A DNA stretch of 64,000 bases. Source: the human T2T-CHM13v2.0 reference genome, Homo sapiens. The stretch lies in the NCBI RefSeq assembly GCF_009914755.1, contig NC_060929.1; one strand, given 5' to 3'. Both the position numbers and the translations under genes were made by a program. Below, one piece after another: positions 59,601 to 64,000 of this stretch; positions within the stretch are counted from its first letter, which is position 1; every line of letters begins with the position of its first letter. A model generated the notes under the pieces. The model did not search any database, was not told where the DNA came from, and saw nothing but the letters and a program-made list of their open reading frames with translations.

Positions 59601-61150
59601 CAAGAGAAGCTGCTGTAAGCTTGCTAAAAAGTTTTCATTGAACTGCAGGTAAACTCTGAGGTGGGCCAAGGGAATATAGGACAGGCATCAATAGCATCTG
59701 CTATACTGCCGCATTTGGTTGTACAAGCAAAGGGTTGAGAAGTAGCTGTGGAAGGAAGGTTCAGCATTCCAGTGTCACCAGGAGCAACAGCCAGATTGAG
59801 TGTTCCTGTATCTAGGAGCAACTGTGTGGGTATTGAGAGGTGGTAGCAACAGTAGAAGTGGCCTACTAACCCTGGGTCACAGGTGTAGCAAGTTGTTCTT
59901 GGAACTCAATAGTTCCTGAGTTCCACTTATCCACACATTCCAATGATGCTATAAAAATCTAATTATCTCTGTTAAATATTTTTCTGCTTAAACTGATTAG
60001 AGTTGTTTTTGTTATGTGCCCTGAGCCCCAAAAATATATTTTGTACCAGAATTTGCAGGCAACAAACACCGAAGAATGAAATTTAGGATAGATTATATGA
60101 CCTAGATAGATCAAAGGCAATGATAGTCCCATATCCTCTAGAAAATAAGATATTGGTAGTCCCTGGTAAGCAACAGCAAAACATTTACTCAGGTTATCAC
60201 TTGTGTTTGTCTGGAATTAATTGCTTATTGAAGGTAATTCTCTGGTAAGCAAAGTGGCTGGTGTACCAAAGCATTATGGTGGGGAAGAGAAAGGTTCAGG
60301 GGATGTGGTGATTACTTTTGACTGCAATCGAGAATTCAATTAAAGAAAATAACGAACTTAGGGTTTTAAAATTCTTGGGTCAGGAAAGATATGAAAATCA
60401 AATATTTTAATGATTGCTTTAAAAACATCTCTTTTATCCCACGGCTACAGGACTACATAGATAAAAATCAGACAAAAAGTCTGATTCTTCAGGTTGATAA
60501 ATAATTACAAAGTTGAATTCACAACCACTGCATGTTTTTTAATGAAATTGCTAGAGCATTGATCCAGAAGGAGTAGTATCCTTAGAATGGGAATGGGGAC
60601 AGCTAGGTGAATTCAGATGTGATTGTATCTTGAATCCCCAAACCAATTGAGCCCTTTTTTATCCCAGCAGAAGCAAACTCATTTTCCTTTTTAATAAGAC
60701 TGTCCTCTTTGCATGCATAGTCTGTAATGACCTCAGCTGAGACAGTTACATTGCAAAGGGTTGCTAATTTTCTCCATGCCCTTCATTTGCCAACTCTCAT
60801 TGCCTCTAGACCTCTAATTAGATTCATATCCTAGCATGTTCAATGGGGACAAGCACAAAGCCAGTCCCAATATTAGAAGGCATATATACTGAAAGAATTG
60901 CATAATTTTGCTAACTACATCACAGAAACCTTAGGAATATGTTTGAGAACTGAGTATGCTATAACAGAAAACAAAGAAAAAACCTTTAGATTGAGTTGAA
61001 TTTAGGTGGGTTCGTTTGCCAGAGATTCTGAATTCAGTGTTCAAGCTTTCACATGATTATCTCTAATAGTTCTTTTGGTCAGCTGACTCAATTCAATGAC
61101 AGCCACAATTTAACAAAGGAAATTAAGATGCTAATAATGCCTTAGGATAA

Positions 61151-62042
<892 letters not shown>

Positions 62043-62101
62043 ATAGTGTAGAGGAAAAAAAAACAAAAACAAAAAAAAAAAACAAAGACTCAGGAAAATA
62101 A

Positions 62102-62305
<204 letters not shown>

Positions 62306-62825
62306 TAGGGGTGCTCCTGCTCCTCTGAGAGTCATACAAGGTTCTAATTATCTCACCATCCCATAGGACATCACATTTTTCCAGCACGCTAATGGGATCA
62401 TGCTGATTGTACCTCTTCAATAGCAAGTAACATGTGCCCTAGATGCCTTCGTAAGACGTATGTATGGCAGAAGAGGAGATAAGTAAGCCCCACAACAATT
62501 TAAGGAACTGTCCTCTCTGAAGTTCTGGGGGATTCAGAAATCTAGGGCATGTTAAGATATTTCCAAGAAAGTGAAAAACAAGTTGCTGCTGCCCTTCCTA
62601 CACTCCCTACCATGAAGAAAAAGGCAAACTTGGTGAGCCTCTTGATTTTGGAGGCAACATGTTATCTTTTGGCATCCTTCTCTGATCTTTTTGCTGAGTC
62701 ACTGTTAAGGCTGCCAGCTTTAAACTGAACTCCAAATCAAAGAAGGCTCTACAGGTACTCCAGAATGCATTAAGAACAGGAACACCACTTGGGAGTTATG
62801 ACTCAGCAGATAAAATTATGTTTAA

Positions 62826-63219
<394 letters not shown>

Positions 63220-63299
63220 CTACCTTTTCAGTAAATAACTATTATCCTGTTAAGAAATAGATCATTCTCCAAGCAGTTCCTCATATGATACTTGTTAAT

Positions 63300-63830
63300 T
63301 ACAAAGATATTGTTATAATATTTATTAATTACAGACGGCAAACAGTAACTTTACAGTGGAGACAAACTCTTTATCAAATAACCAAAGTTAACATCTCCAG
63401 TATGAAACATTAACCTGACATATCTCCTGATATGACGACTGCACATCATTTCTGTATTATTCTTGCCAAAAATGTACAACCAAAATTTAGTCATAAGGAA
63501 ATATCAGACAAACCCAAATTAAGAGACATTTAACCAATAGCTTGCCAGCACTCTTAAAAAGTGTTAAGGTCATAGAAGCTAAAGAAAGACTGGAAAATTG
63601 TCCTAGATTGGAAGAAGTTAAGGAGAAGTTAATGACCGATTCCTAGACCGGAAAAAGGACATTAGTGGAACAATTGGCAAAATTTGAATAAAGTCTACAG
63701 GTTAGTTAATTGTATCAATGATAATTTCTTACATTGAGGATAAGATGTTAACTTTTGAGGAAGCTGTGAGGGAAGGACAAATGGAAACTCATACTATTTT
63801 TAAAAATGTTTTGGGTCTTAAATTATTTTA
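63300..63830 (+). mobile_element. L1MC-type 3' UTR fragment
   Basis: AGTAACTTTACAGTGGAG...ATCAGACAAACCCAAATT...GGACATTAGTGGAACAATTGG typical of L1MC 3' ends. Confidence 0.7.
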
Positions 63831-63857
63831 AAATTTAAAACTTTTTTTAATGTTTTT

Positions 63858-64000
63858 GGAGCTTCTAGATAGCTGCACATGTGGAGGCTTCTAGAGGGTA
63901 GTGCTCCCACAAAGGTCATGGAAGCTCCTCACCCCTTCCCCCAAACCTCTATGCATCTCTTCATCTGTATCCTTTGTAATATTCTTCATAACACATTGGT
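63858..64000 (+). mobile_element. MER21-like LTR fragment
   Basis: GAGCTTCTAGATAGCTGCACATGTGGAGG...CTATGCATCTCTTCATCTGTATCCTTTGTAATA. Confidence 0.6.

Overview
Primate DNA, most likely human. The window covers the 3' end of the clustered protocadherin-beta locus (5q31). Six single-exon variable units lie in tandem on the + strand: PCDHB12, PCDHB13, PCDHB14, the near-intact pseudogene PCDHB18P, the decayed pseudogene PCDHB19P and PCDHB15. Gene names come from my recollection of the protein sequences and gene order, not a database search. Five of the six units have a CGCT-box/CTCF promoter element (CSE) about 230-255 bp upstream of the ATG, and all six have a GC/CpG-rich, gene-conversion-homogenised 3' half. 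The spacers and the final 23 kb are mostly Alu, L1, L2, MIR and LTR/ERVL repeats. This is a well-studied locus and I cannot support a wholly new biological system here. The most notable observations are: (1) a fossil array of about 17-18 C2H2 zinc-finger units at 52.3-54.6 kb, invisible in the ORF track and split by an Alu and an MLT2-type LTR; (2) PCDHB18P is disabled mainly by one extra G in a G7 run, at a site where PCDHB12 and PCDHB13 have G6; (3) the conserved C-terminal tail motif is shifted out of frame in PCDHB18P, PCDHB19P and PCDHB15; (4) CpG content of the CSEs is graded; (5) an LTR-borne CTCF-like motif lies just downstream of the cluster. Repeat subfamily names and boundaries were assigned by eye and are approximate.
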